A stretch of 64,000 bases of DNA, taken from NCBI GenBank assembly GCA_963730185.1, contig CAVSQW010000007.1, positions 224,001 through 288,000 on the forward strand, read 5' to 3'. This document shows positions 53,730 through 63,473 of this stretch, piece after piece; position 1 is the stretch's first letter; each line of letters begins with the position of its first letter. This DNA comes from an uncultured Gemmatimonadales bacterium. GTDB taxonomy: Bacteria > Gemmatimonadota > Gemmatimonadetes > Gemmatimonadales > GWC2-71-9. The position numbers and the translations under genes are program-made. The notes beneath the pieces were generated by a model. That model did no database searches, was not told the origin of the DNA, and was given only the letters and a program-made list of their open reading frames with translations.

Positions 53730-54314
53730 CTACGACCATGGTTCGGACCTCGTTTCGGCGGTGCGACCCCGCCCCCCAGCCCCCTCGGCCAGCAGCCTTC
53801 GCACCGCCGGCTCGAACGATGCCATCGCGAGCGGTCCCAGTGCGCGGTAGCGAATCTTCCCGGTGCGATCCAGGAGCAGGCTGGTCGGATACCCCGTGAT
53901 CGGCCCCAGCGTCGGAGGCGGCGCCCCGGCCTCCAACTGCGCCACCGGGTAAGTGATCCCCCGTTTCCGGAGAAAGGCGCGGACCGAATCGGGCGAGTCG
54001 GTGTCGACCGAAAGGCCCACGACCACGAACCCCTGGGCCCGGTGCCGCTCGTACATCGACTGGAGCAGGGGCATCTCCACCTTGCAGGGCGGGCACCAGG
54101 TAGCCCAGACGTTCACCAGGACGACCCGGCCCCGGAGCGAATCGGTCGAGATGACCCCCCGGTCGAGGGCCGGGTAGACGAAATGGGGGGTGAGCTGGTC
54201 GCCCGACTCGATTCCCACCACGGCCGCCAGGTGGGGCGCCAGGCGGACGAGGAGGAAGACCCAGACGGCCGCGAGAATTAGGTTGGGCAGGCTGAGGAAT
54301 CGGCGGCGAGGCAT
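53730..54314 (-). CDS. TlpA/ResA-like membrane-anchored thioredoxin
   Basis: VNVWATWCPPCKVEMP, GYPTS. Confidence 0.9.
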   Translation of the reverse strand: MPRRRFLSLPNLILAAVWVFLLVRLAPHLAAVVGIESGDQLTPHFVYPALDRGVISTDSLRGRVVLVNVWATWCPPCKVEMPLLQSMYERHRAQGFVVVGLSVDTDSPDSVRAFLRKRGITYPVAQLEAGAPPPTLGPITGYPTSLLLDRTGKIRYRALGPLAMASFEPAVRRLLAEGAGGRGRTAETRSEPWS

Positions 54315-54328
54315 GGGGGGAAGGTAGG

Positions 54329-54530
54329 TGGGGAGGGAGGGGGAGGGATGGGGGGAGATGGGGGGAGATGGGGGGAGATGAGGGGAGACGGGGAGAGACG
54401 GGGTGGAGGGACGTGGGAGGGTGTAGCGGGACGACTCGGCGCAGGGTCCCTGTCCCGGTTCCTCCCCCATCCCTCCCCATCCCTCCCCATCCCTCCCCGT
54501 CCCTCCCCATCCCTCCCTCCCCATCCCCTT
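54329..54530. repeat. Decamer purine/pyrimidine inverted repeat array between tlpA and ffh
   Basis: GGGGGAGATG tandem units, then CCCTCCCCRT x4. Confidence 0.88.
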
Positions 54531-54566
54531 CCAAGCCTCCCCTAAGTCCGCTATCTTGCAAGGCTT

Positions 54567-55889
54567 ATGTTTGACGACCTTTCCTCGAAGCTCACCGCCG
54601 CGCTCGGGAAGCTGACCGGGCGCGGCGTCCTGACCGAGGACGCCGTCAAGGAGGGTCTCCGGGAGATCCGCCGGGTGCTGCTCGAAGCCGACGTGAGCTT
54701 CGACCTCACCCGTCAGTTCCTCGAGCGGGTGCAGGAAAAGGCGGTCGGTGTCGCCCGGCTCAAGGGTGTGAACCCGGGCCAGCAGCTCGTGAAGGTGGTG
54801 TACGACGAGCTGGTCGCGATGCTGGGCGAGAAGCAGGCGCCGCTGGTCTTTGCGTCGGTGCCGCCCACGGTGATGCTCGTCGTCGGGCTCCAGGGCTCCG
54901 GCAAGACGACCACCACGGGCAAGCTGGCCAAGCGGCTCAAGCAGGAGCAGAAGGCGCCGTTCCTGGTCGCGGCCGACGTCTACCGGCCGGCCGCCGCCGA
55001 GCAGCTCCAGACGCTCGCCCGGCAGGTGGACGTCGAATGCTACGCCGAGCCGGGCGCCACGGACGTGGTCAAGCTGGTGAAGCATGGGCTCGAGGCGGCC
55101 GCCAAGGCGCGCGCCCGGACCGTGCTGGTGGATACCGCCGGCCGGTTGCAGATCGACGAAGGGATGATGGCGGAGCTCCAGGCCCTGAAGGCCGCCGTGA
55201 GCCCCACCGAGATCCTCCTCGTCGCCGACGGGATGACGGGACAGGACGCCGTCCGGATCGCCAAGGGGTTCCACGACGCCCTCGGGATCACCGGCGTGGT
55301 GCTGACCAAGATGGACGGCGACGCCCGGGGCGGCGCGGCCCTCTCGGTCTACGGGGTGACCGGCGCGCCGATCAAGTACGTCGGCGTGGGCGAGCAGATC
55401 GACGCGCTCGAGCCCTTCCGGCCGGACCGGATGGCGGGGCGGATTCTCCAGCAGGGAGACGTGCTCTCGCTGGTGGAGAAGGCCCAGGGCGCGATCGACG
55501 AGAAAGAGGCGGCCAAGCTCGCCAAGAAGGCCACCTCGAAGAAGGGCCTCGATCTGCAGGACTTTCTGAGCGCGATGCGCCAGATGCAGAAGCTCGGGCC
55601 CCTCAAGAACGTGCTGGGCATGCTGCCGGGCGTGAATCCGGCGATGCTCAAGTCGGCCAACGTCGACGACAACCGCCTCAAGCACCTCGAGGCGATCGTC
55701 CTCTCGATGACGCCGAAGGAGCGGGCCAATCCCGACGTGATGAACGGCTCGCGCCGCCTCCGGGTGGCCAAGGGGTCGGGACGAACGGTGCAGGAGGTCA
55801 ACCAGCTCCTGAACCAGTTCAAGCAGATGGCGAAGTTCATGAAGTCGGCGGGCAAGCCGGGTGGCATGCGCCTGCCGTTCGGCCGGTAA
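54567..55889 (+). CDS. ffh: Signal recognition particle protein
   Basis: GLQGSGKTTT, DTAGR, TKMDGDARGG, SMTPKER. Confidence 0.97.
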   Translation: MFDDLSSKLTAALGKLTGRGVLTEDAVKEGLREIRRVLLEADVSFDLTRQFLERVQEKAVGVARLKGVNPGQQLVKVVYDELVAMLGEKQAPLVFASVPPTVMLVVGLQGSGKTTTTGKLAKRLKQEQKAPFLVAADVYRPAAAEQLQTLARQVDVECYAEPGATDVVKLVKHGLEAAAKARARTVLVDTAGRLQIDEGMMAELQALKAAVSPTEILLVADGMTGQDAVRIAKGFHDALGITGVVLTKMDGDARGGAALSVYGVTGAPIKYVGVGEQIDALEPFRPDRMAGRILQQGDVLSLVEKAQGAIDEKEAAKLAKKATSKKGLDLQDFLSAMRQMQKLGPLKNVLGMLPGVNPAMLKSANVDDNRLKHLEAIVLSMTPKERANPDVMNGSRRLRVAKGSGRTVQEVNQLLNQFKQMAKFMKSAGKPGGMRLPFGR

Positions 55890-55913
55890 GCAGACTCGAA
55901 GAGGACTGACAGC

Positions 55914-56163
55914 ATGGCAACTCGTATCCGTCTCCGCCGCGTCGGGCGCAAGAAAGTGCCGCTCTACCGGATCGTCGTCGCCGAAGGCACCGCGCCTCGC
56001 GACGGGCGTTTCATCGAGGTGCTCGGCACCTACGACCCACGCGCCCAGGACGACAAGCAGGTCACCGCTCGACGCCGACAAGGCCAAGTCGTGGCTCGCC
56101 AAGGGGGCGACCCCGAGCGACACGGTCGGTGCCCTGCTCAAGAAGGCGGGCGTCGGGGCGTGA
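55914..56163 (+). CDS. rpsP: 30S ribosomal protein S16; +1 frameshift near 56066
   Basis: [16 protein letters not shown]...RDGRFIE.LGTYDP, continuing in next frame [12 protein letters not shown]. Confidence 0.92.
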
Positions 56164-56684
56164 GCGAGGAGCGGCCCCGCCACCTGGTGGTCGGGCGGCT
56201 CCGAAAACCGCACGGGCTGAAGGGCGACTGTACGGTTTTTCCCCTGACCGACGATCCCGAGCTGGCGTTCGCGTCGGGGCAGTCGGTCTGGGTGATGAAT
56301 CTGGGAGGTGAGGAGATCGCCGGCCCGCTCGAGATCGTGCGGAGCCGGGGCTATCACCGGCAGTGGCTGGTGTCGTTTCGGGGGCTCGACTCGCGGGACG
56401 ACGTGGCATCGTGGTGCGACACCCTGCTCGCCGCGCCGGCCGAGACGCTCCGGCCACCCGCGGACGACGAGGTCTACCTCCACGAGCTCGAAGGCTTCGG
56501 CGTGCACGACGAGGCCGGTGAGCCTCTCGGCGTGGTGAGCAAGGTGCTCGAGCTGCCCCAGGGCGTGATGCTCGAGATCCAGGGACCGAAGCGCGAGTTC
56601 CTGCTGCCGTTCCGGAAGGTGTTCGTGAAAGCGATGGACCGGGAGGCGCGGCGGCTGGTGGTCGACCTGCCGGAAGGACTGTAG
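56160..56684 (+). CDS. rimM: Ribosome maturation factor RimM
   Basis: [32 protein letters not shown]. Confidence 0.92.
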   Translation: MSEERPRHLVVGRLRKPHGLKGDCTVFPLTDDPELAFASGQSVWVMNLGGEEIAGPLEIVRSRGYHRQWLVSFRGLDSRDDVASWCDTLLAAPAETLRPPADDEVYLHELEGFGVHDEAGEPLGVVSKVLELPQGVMLEIQGPKREFLLPFRKVFVKAMDREARRLVVDLPEGL

Positions 56685-56690
56685 GGGGCG

Positions 56691-56750
56691 AGTGGGCGGA
56701 GACGGGGGGAGACGGGGAGGGACGCGGGGGGACGCGGAAGGACGCGGAGC
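56691..56750 (+). repeat. Decamer tandem repeat, purine arm only
   Basis: GAC at 56701, 56711, 56721, 56731, 56741. Confidence 0.78.
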
Positions 56751-56756
56751 GGACCC

Positions 56757-57452
56757 CTGACGACGATCAACGTCGTCACCCTGTTTCCCGAGGTGATGGC
56801 GCCGTTTCTCGGGGCGAGCATCCCGGGGCGGGCGGGGGCGGCGGGGTTGGTGGAGTACCGGCTGGTCCAGCTCCGGGACTTCGCCACCGATCGCCACCTG
56901 ACCGTCGACGACTACCCCTACGGGGGTGGAGCGGGGATGGTCCTCAAGCCCGAGCCGATGTTCCGGGCGGTGGAGTCGCTGCCGGAGCGGGGCAGGGTGG
57001 TGTTGATGTCGGCGCGGGGCGCGCCGTTCACGCACCGGATGGCGGTCCGGCTCTCGCTGGAGCCGATCCTCACCATCCTCTGCGGGCACTACAAGGACGT
57101 CGACCAGCGGGTGGCCGACGGCCTCGAGGCGGAGGAAGTCTCGCTCGGCGATTTCGTGCTGAGCGGGGGCGAGCCGGCGGCGCTGGCGGTGATCGACGCG
57201 GTGGTCCGGCTGCTGCCGGGCGCCCTGGGCGATCACGAGTCGGCCAGCTCCGACTCGCACTTCGACGGGCTCCTGAGCCCGCCGAGCTATACCAGGCCCC
57301 CCGAGTTCCGGGGGATGACGGTGCCGGAGGTGCTGCTGTCCGGCAACCACGCGGCGATCGCGGCCTGGCGGCAGGAACAGGCGGAGAAGTTGACGGCCGA
57401 ACGCCGGCCGGACCTATGGCGGCGATTCGCCGAGGACCATAACGTTGAGTGA
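56757..57452 (+). CDS. trmD: tRNA (guanine37-N1)-methyltransferase
   Basis: [39 protein letters not shown]; start codon uncertain (CTG). Confidence 0.92.
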   Translation: MTTINVVTLFPEVMAPFLGASIPGRAGAAGLVEYRLVQLRDFATDRHLTVDDYPYGGGAGMVLKPEPMFRAVESLPERGRVVLMSARGAPFTHRMAVRLSLEPILTILCGHYKDVDQRVADGLEAEEVSLGDFVLSGGEPAALAVIDAVVRLLPGALGDHESASSDSHFDGLLSPPSYTRPPEFRGMTVPEVLLSGNHAAIAAWRQEQAEKLTAERRPDLWRRFAEDHNVE

Positions 57453-57458
57453 GCACGG

Positions 57459-57490
57459 CCCGTCAGCCCGTCAGCCCGTCTGACCGTCTG
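57459..57490 (+). repeat. Octamer tandem repeat (MCCGTCWG) x4
   Basis: CCCGTCAG CCCGTCAG CCCGTCTG ACCGTCTG. Confidence 0.75.
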
Positions 57491-57514
57491 CTGGCCCCGG
57501 AGAAGGAGAAACCA

Positions 57515-57874
57515 ATGGACCATCTGGCCACCGTGACCCGAGAGGGTCTCAAGACTGACCTCCCGACCTTCGCGCCGGGAGACACGATCAAAGTCATGGT
57601 CCGGGTCCGGGAGGGCGAGAAGGAGCGGCTCCAGGCCTTCGAGGGCGTCTGCGTCGCCCGCCGGGGCGGCGGGATCGACGAGACCTTCACCGTCCGGAAA
57701 GTGTCGGCCAGCATCGGGGTCGAGCGGATCTTCCCGCTCCACAGCCCGACGGTGGCCTCGATCGAGATGGTCCGCCGCGGCCGGGTCCGCCGGGCCAAGC
57801 TCTACTATCTCCGGAAGCTCTCGGGCAAGAGCGCCCGGATCCGCGAGAAGCGGGAGCCGGTTCAGGGTCAGTAG
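57515..57874 (+). CDS. rplS: 50S ribosomal protein L19
   Basis: [50 protein letters not shown]. Confidence 0.97.
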   Translation: MDHLATVTREGLKTDLPTFAPGDTIKVMVRVREGEKERLQAFEGVCVARRGGGIDETFTVRKVSASIGVERIFPLHSPTVASIEMVRRGRVRRAKLYYLRKLSGKSARIREKREPVQGQ

Positions 57875-57889
57875 GCCGGGCCCGGGGCG

Positions 57890-58565
57890 GTGGCGCGGAA
57901 GCAGCCCGGCCTCGAGCGCGAAAAGCTCGCCTGGACCACCGGCGAGCTCCTGATCGGTGTCGACGAAGCAGGCCGCGGCCCGCTGGCCGGTCCAGTGGTG
58001 GCCGCGGCCGTCGTCTTTCCGCCCCAGTCCCGCCGCCGGGGCGGGGTCCGCGACAGCAAGACCCTGAGCGAGCTCCAGCGCGACAAGGCCGCCCTGGCCA
58101 TCCGGAAGGCGGCCCTCGCGATCGGGGTGGGCGCCGCCTCGGTCCGGGAGATCGATCGGATCAACATCCGCCGGGCTACCGCCCTCGCGATGCGCCGCGC
58201 CATCGACCGGGTTCTCCGCACCCTCCCCGCCTCTCCCCGTCCCTCCCCATCCCCCCCCCGTCCCGGCCCGTCCCTTCATCGTCATCCTCGACGGCCTGGC
58301 CATGCCCGAGCTCGGCCTCGATCACGAGGCCCTGGTCGACGGCGACGCGCTCTGCTTTTCGATCTCCGCCGCCGGGATCATCGCCAAGACGGTGCGTGAC
58401 CGACTGATGGCGAGACTCGATCCGCGCTATCCGGGTTACGACTGGTACAGCAATCGCGGCTACGGCACGGAGCACCACCGGCACGCGATCGACCAACTGG
58501 GGCCCACGCCACATCACCGGCGGAGCTTCGCGCCGGTGGCGCAGTTGGGGCTCTTTGGGGGGTAG
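57890..58565 (+). CDS. rnhB: Ribonuclease HII with internal repeat insert; +1 frameshift in C9 run
   Basis: GVDEAGRGPLAGPV, DSK, then DG..SISAAGIIAKTVRD, GYGT, HHRRSF. Confidence 0.9.
58221..58275. repeat. Decamer repeat pyrimidine arm inside rnhB
   Basis: CCCTCCCCGC CTCTCCCCGT CCCTCCCCAT C9GT. Confidence 0.8.
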
Positions 58566-58690
58566 GCGGGACGGGGAGGGACGGGGGGAGACGGGGCGGG
58601 ATGCGGCGAGATGGGGAGTGACGTGGGGGGGACACGAAGGACGAGGTCGCCCCTCCCCGCCCCTCCCCACCCCTCCCCGTCCCCCCTTAC
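58566..58690. repeat. Decamer purine/pyrimidine inverted repeat array between rnhB and the OYE gene
   Basis: ACGGGGAGGG ACGGGGGGAG ... CCCTCCCCGC CCCTCCCCAC CCCTCCCCGT. Confidence 0.82.
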
Positions 58691-58699
58691 CCTTCCCCC

Positions 58700-59799
58700 A
58701 TGCCCAGCCTCTTCGATCCCGTCGCTTTTCGCGGCGTTCAGCTCCGGAATCGCATCGTCGTCTCGCCGATGTGCGAGTACTCCTCCACCGACGGCTTCGC
58801 CAACGAGTGGCACGTCGTGCACCTCGGGAGCCGGGCCATCGGCGGGGCGGCGCTCGTGTTCACCGAAGCGACCGCGGTGCTTCCCGAGGGCGGATCAGCC
58901 CGGTCGATCTCGGCCTCTGGAAGGACGCGCACGTCGATGTACTCGGGCGGATCGTGGCGTTCGCGGCGGAGCACGGCGCGGCGTGCGGCGTTCAGCTGGC
59001 TCACGCCGGACGGAAGGCCAGCACCCGGCCCCCGTGGGAGGGCCCCGGCAAGGTCGCCGAAGATGCCGGCGGCTGGCGGACGGTCGCGCCGAGCGCGGTG
59101 CCGTACAACGACGACTACCCGATGCCGGACGCGCTCGACGAGGCCGGGATCGCGCGGGTGGTCACCGGTTTCCGGGAGGCCGCGGGCCGGGCTCTCGAGG
59201 CCGGCTTCCGGGTCATCGAAATCCATGCCGCCCACGGATACCTCCTGCACGAGTTCCTCTCGCCCTGGAGCAACCGGCGCACCGACCGCTGGGGCGGGAG
59301 CTTCGAGAACCGGATCCGGCTGCTGAAGGACGTGGTGGAGGCGGTCCGGTCGGTCTGGCCCGAGCGTCACGCGCTCTTCGTCCGGATCTCGGCGACCGAT
59401 TGGAAAGAGGGCGCCTGGGACCTCGACCAGTCGGTGGCGCTGGCCCGCGAGCTCAAGGGGCTTGGCGTCGACCTGGTCGACTGCTCCAGCGGCGGCAACG
59501 TGCACGGGGTGAAGATCCCGATCGGCCCAGGGTATCAGACCCGGCTGGCCGAGCGGGTCCGGCGCGAGGCGGGGATCCCGACCGGCGCGGTGGGGCTCAT
59601 CACCGAGCCGGTCCAAGCTGATCACATCGTCCGGACCGGCCAGGCCGACCTCGTGATCCTGGCCAGGGAGCTGCTCCGCGACCCGTACTGGCCGCTCCGG
59701 GCCGCCCGGGAGCTCGGGCGGCCGGCCAGCTGGCCGGTGCAATATCTCCGGGCCGCGCCGGCGGACTCGCCCCGGCGGGAACCGATCGGGCCGATCTAG
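58700..59799 (+). CDS. NADH:flavin oxidoreductase (Old Yellow Enzyme, YqjM/NamA-like); -1 frameshift near 58890
   Basis: [57 protein letters not shown]. Confidence 0.9.
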
Positions 59800-59904
59800 C
59801 CCTCGGTCGGCCGGCGCGGAGTGGCCGGGGGCCGGCGGGCGGGGCTCGACGGTTTGGGCGGCCGGCCGTAACGTGAAGGCAACTCCTACCTCGCGGAGGC
59901 GCCG

Positions 59905-60537
59905 GTGACGTCCGGTTCGCCCTCATCCCAGCGTCGCAAACGGGGTCGGCACGGTTGGCCCTTGCTGCTCTTGATCTTCCTGGCCGTCGGCGTCGTCTAC
60001 GTCGCCCTCACGCCCTGGGCCCTCCATATCGGCGATCGTCCCACCCCCTGGCTCACCTGGGAAGGCTTCGGCCCGGTCGAGGCCAGCAACGGCGGTCACT
60101 ACGTGCTCTTCGCCCATCTGGAAGGCGGCATGCCCAGCAGCGGCCGCCGGAGCGTCTCGTGCGGCGGGGGCGGGTGCGACACCCTCCACGGCACCGCGCG
60201 CCTCTGCACCCGGAGCGGGCAGACCTACGCGTTCCAGCTCCGGGGCAAGGTGCACGCCTGGTGGAGCACCGACGGCGCGCGGACCGGGATCCAGCTCACG
60301 GCGGCGAAGGGGACGCCGCTGCAGCAGGGATGGGTGGTGGCCTTCGCGGGCGCCTGGCACGGTCCCGCGCTCGAGCTGACCAGTCCGGACAACTCGTTCA
60401 CCAAAGAGTTCACGCCGGCGGGAGCCATTCGCCAGGTCACCTCCACGGCCGACGCCGGCACGGCGAAGGTGACCCTTCACTTCGGGACCAGTGACGAGTT
60501 CGAGCAGGCCTGCCGGGCGCTGGCGGCCCACGCCTAA
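59905..60537 (+). CDS. Hypothetical membrane-anchored protein with four Cys
   Basis: N-terminal TM segment; GC3-rich codon usage; no recognised family. Confidence 0.65.
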   Translation: MTSGSPSSQRRKRGRHGWPLLLLIFLAVGVVYVALTPWALHIGDRPTPWLTWEGFGPVEASNGGHYVLFAHLEGGMPSSGRRSVSCGGGGCDTLHGTARLCTRSGQTYAFQLRGKVHAWWSTDGARTGIQLTAAKGTPLQQGWVVAFAGAWHGPALELTSPDNSFTKEFTPAGAIRQVTSTADAGTAKVTLHFGTSDEFEQACRALAAHA

Positions 60538-60549
60538 ACCGGCGGGCCC

Positions 60550-60711
60550 TCAGGGCGACTCCCGGGTCCAGAGCAGCGCCACGCCGCAGGCCGAGTTGGT
60601 GATCTGATAGCGGATCGGGGTCTCGGCCGGGCCGCGGTAGATCTCGATCCCCTCGAGCACGCGGTACTTCTCGTCGAGGAGCGAGCCGAGCAGGGCGCTG
60701 GGTTCGGTCAT
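60550..60711 (-). pseudogene. 53-aa ORF, probable chimeric gene remnant
   Basis: MTEPSALLGSLLDEKYRVLEGIEIYRGPAETPIRYQITNSACGVALLWTRESP; below ORF-track cutoff. Confidence 0.5.
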
Positions 60712-60996
60712 GAGAGATTAGACGCCAGGGGCCGGCGAAGTGTTGCGCGGCGTGGCACTTGCCGCCCGACCGTGAGGGGCGGCCCGGCAGCGCGGGAGAT
60801 AATCCTCCACGGGGTGGATAGGGCCGTGTGGCCCTGTCGTCATTTTCACCGCAATGCCCTATTGTGAAGGGTTATTCCTACAGTGGTGGTAGGGAACCAG
60901 ATCCAGGCGTGGCAGTGGACCGCTCGTCCCGCTGAAGAGGAGACCGGTCGAGGTCGGCTCACTGGCGACGATCCGGCCACGCCGTCGAGGTGAGGA

Positions 60997-62748
60997 ATGT
61001 CGCTTCGCGGCCGTCTGACGGTCTTCGTGTCCCTCACCCTCCTGGCCGCCGTCGCGGTTCAGGGCGCCTTTGCCTACCAGGCCGCCCGGCGGGTCACGAT
61101 CGTGGCCTCGCAGACCCGGCTTCAGAGCGTTGCCTCCCGCCTGGCCGACCTTTCGGCGCCGTCCACTCGCGGGCGCTTGGTGGAGCTGGGGCAGCTGGCG
61201 GCGGCCCCGGCGGTGCTCCGGGCGCTCGCGGATTCCGGGGCCCGATCGGCGGTCCGTCCTCTGCTGCGGCGGTTCGGACCCGACACGGGGCTGGTGGCGG
61301 CGGTCGAGCTCCTGGACCGAGAGGGGCGGCCCGTCGCCTTTCTCGAGCACACGGCGTCGCCTGAGCCGGGGCTGACCCGGGCGAGCGGCGACAGCGCCTA
61401 CGTGAGCCGGCTCTATCAGCGGGGCGACAGCGTGTTCATCGACATGGTCGCGCCGGTGACGCAAGACGGGACGGTGCGGGGCTATCTGGTCCAGGTGCGC
61501 CGGATCGTGGCGTCGGCGGCCTCCGTCCAGACGCTGACCAACCTCATCGGTCCCGAGGCCGGTCTCCTCCTCGGCAACCGGGACGGCTCCCTCTGGACGG
61601 ACCTGACCCGGATCGTCGAGCGGCCGGCGCCGACCCTTCAGGGGTCGACGTACACCCGCGACGGGCGGGGCCGGATCGCCAGGTCGGCGGCGATTGCCGG
61701 CACCCCGCTGGTCTTCGCCGTGGAGATGCCGCGGGATCTGGTGCTGTCGGCGGTGTCCCCTCTCTTCCGCACCGACCTGGCGATCGCCGCGCTGGTGGTG
61801 CTCCTCGGCACGCTGGCGTCCTGGTGGGTGGCGCGGACCGTGACCCAGCCCCTCAGCTGGCTGACCGACGCGACCGAGGTGGTGGCGTCGGGGCACGATC
61901 TTCCGGTTAGGCTTCCCATCGATCGCGGGGACGAGGTCGGCCGCCTGGCCCGTTCCTTCACGAGCATGGCCGGCGCGGTGCGCGAGAGCCGGGCGACGCT
62001 GGAGCATCGGGTGGCCGACCGGACGGCCGAGCTGGCCGCGGCGCTGGAGCAGCTCAGGGCGGCGCAGAGCGAGCTGGTCCAGAAGGAGCGGCTCGCGATC
62101 CTGGGAGAGCTGTCGAGCAGCGTCGGGCACGAGCTCCGCAATCCGCTCGGGGTGATGACCAACGCGGTCTACTACCTGACCGCCACCCAGCCCGACGCCA
62201 AGCCCAAGGTCAAGGAGTATCTGGGCATCATCCGGGGCCAGATCCAGACGGCCGAGAAGATCGTGGCCGACCTGCTCGACTTCGCCCGGGTCAAGCCGCC
62301 CCAGCGGGCGCCGACCGCGGTTCCGGCGTTCGTGGAGGAACAGCTGTCCCGGGTGACCATGCCTCCCACGGTGAGCGTGGTGCGCGAGCTGGCGCCCGAC
62401 CTGCCTTGGCTCGACGTCGATCCGATCCAGGTGGGGCAGGTGGTCCTCAATCTGATGACCAACGCGGTGCAGGCGATGGAGGAGACCGGCGGAACTCTGA
62501 CCATCCGGGCCGCGGCCGAAGGTCCCACCGTGCGGCTGGAGTTCGAGGACACCGGGCCCGGGGTGGCCGACGAGCATCTCGGGCGGATCTTCGAGCCCCT
62601 TTTCACCACCAAGGCCCGGGGGATCGGGCTCGGGCTTTCCGTCTCCCGGAGCCTGGCCCACGCCAACGACGGCGACCTGACCGTCCGGAACGCCCCCGAC
62701 CGGGGCGCGATCTTCTCGCTCGTCCTCCCGGCCGTGGAGACCGCATGA
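60997..62748 (+). CDS. Membrane sensor histidine kinase (periplasmic domain, HAMP)
   Basis: Two TMs, DEVGRLARSF, GHELRNPL, FEPLFTTK, GIGLGL. Confidence 0.92.
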   Translation: MSLRGRLTVFVSLTLLAAVAVQGAFAYQAARRVTIVASQTRLQSVASRLADLSAPSTRGRLVELGQLAAAPAVLRALADSGARSAVRPLLRRFGPDTGLVAAVELLDREGRPVAFLEHTASPEPGLTRASGDSAYVSRLYQRGDSVFIDMVAPVTQDGTVRGYLVQVRRIVASAASVQTLTNLIGPEAGLLLGNRDGSLWTDLTRIVERPAPTLQGSTYTRDGRGRIARSAAIAGTPLVFAVEMPRDLVLSAVSPLFRTDLAIAALVVLLGTLASWWVARTVTQPLSWLTDATEVVASGHDLPVRLPIDRGDEVGRLARSFTSMAGAVRESRATLEHRVADRTAELAAALEQLRAAQSELVQKERLAILGELSSSVGHELRNPLGVMTNAVYYLTATQPDAKPKVKEYLGIIRGQIQTAEKIVADLLDFARVKPPQRAPTAVPAFVEEQLSRVTMPPTVSVVRELAPDLPWLDVDPIQVGQVVLNLMTNAVQAMEETGGTLTIRAAAEGPTVRLEFEDTGPGVADEHLGRIFEPLFTTKARGIGLGLSVSRSLAHANDGDLTVRNAPDRGAIFSLVLPAVETA

Positions 62749-63473
62749 CCAAACGGATCCTGATCGTCGATGACGATCGCGGCATGGTTACCACCCTGAG
62801 CGATATTCTGGAGCTCCGGGGCTGGGAGACCATCAACGCCTTCGACGGTGAGGCCGCCATCGCGCTGGCCGAGACCCACGACGTGGACGTGGTGCTGATG
62901 GACGTTCGGATGCCCAAGGTCGACGGGGTCGAGGCCCTGCGGGCCATCAAGGCCCGCCGGCCCGACACCCGGGTGGTGCTGATGACGGCGTTCGCCGCTC
63001 AGGAGCTCCTGGCCGAGGCCGAGCGGGCCGGGGCGGTGAGCATCATGAGGAAGCCGGTGGAGCTGCCCGAGCTGTTCGGCCTGCTGGAGGAGGCCACCCG
63101 ACGGCACCGGCGCTCGGTCCTGGTGGTCGACGACGACCCGGCCTTTCTCGAGACCCTCTGTGACGTACTGAGGGATCGGGGGCTCGACACCGTCGAGGCC
63201 CACACCCTGGGCGAGGCCCTCGACCGAATGGAAAAGGACGTTCCGTCGGCGGTGCTGCTGGACCTCCGGCTCGATCACCTCGACCCAACCACCAACCTGT
63301 TGGCGATCCGGGAGCTCAGTCCGTCGATCCTGCTGATCCTCTACAGTGGGCATCCCACCTCGCTGAGCGAGACCGTCGACCGGGCCCCGCCCGGGATCGT
63401 GGACGCCGCGTTCACGAAGCCGCTTCCTCTGGATCAACTGCTGGAGCTAATCGATGGCGATCACGGTCGCTGA
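62745..63473 (+). CDS. Response regulator with two tandem receiver domains and no output domain
   Basis: LIVDDD..MDVRMP..RKP and VVDDD..LLDLRL..TKP. Confidence 0.88.
   Translation: MTKRILIVDDDRGMVTTLSDILELRGWETINAFDGEAAIALAETHDVDVVLMDVRMPKVDGVEALRAIKARRPDTRVVLMTAFAAQELLAEAERAGAVSIMRKPVELPELFGLLEEATRRHRRSVLVVDDDPAFLETLCDVLRDRGLDTVEAHTLGEALDRMEKDVPSAVLLDLRLDHLDPTTNLLAIRELSPSILLILYSGHPTSLSETVDRAPPGIVDAAFTKPLPLDQLLELIDGDHGR

Noticed and set aside
54348..54574. Short low-complexity ORFs over the repeat arrays
   Set aside because: Translations of the decamer repeat with no independent coding signal
55914..56684. Apparent S16-RimM fusion ORF
   Set aside because: Artefact of the extra base in rpsP; rimM has its own GTG at 56160
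53730..57350. 1206-aa minus-strand ORF, and similar long ORFs such as 21573..24605 and 27104..29551
   Set aside because: Antisense shadows of real genes in high-GC DNA; only the terminal tlpA and proline dehydrogenase parts are real
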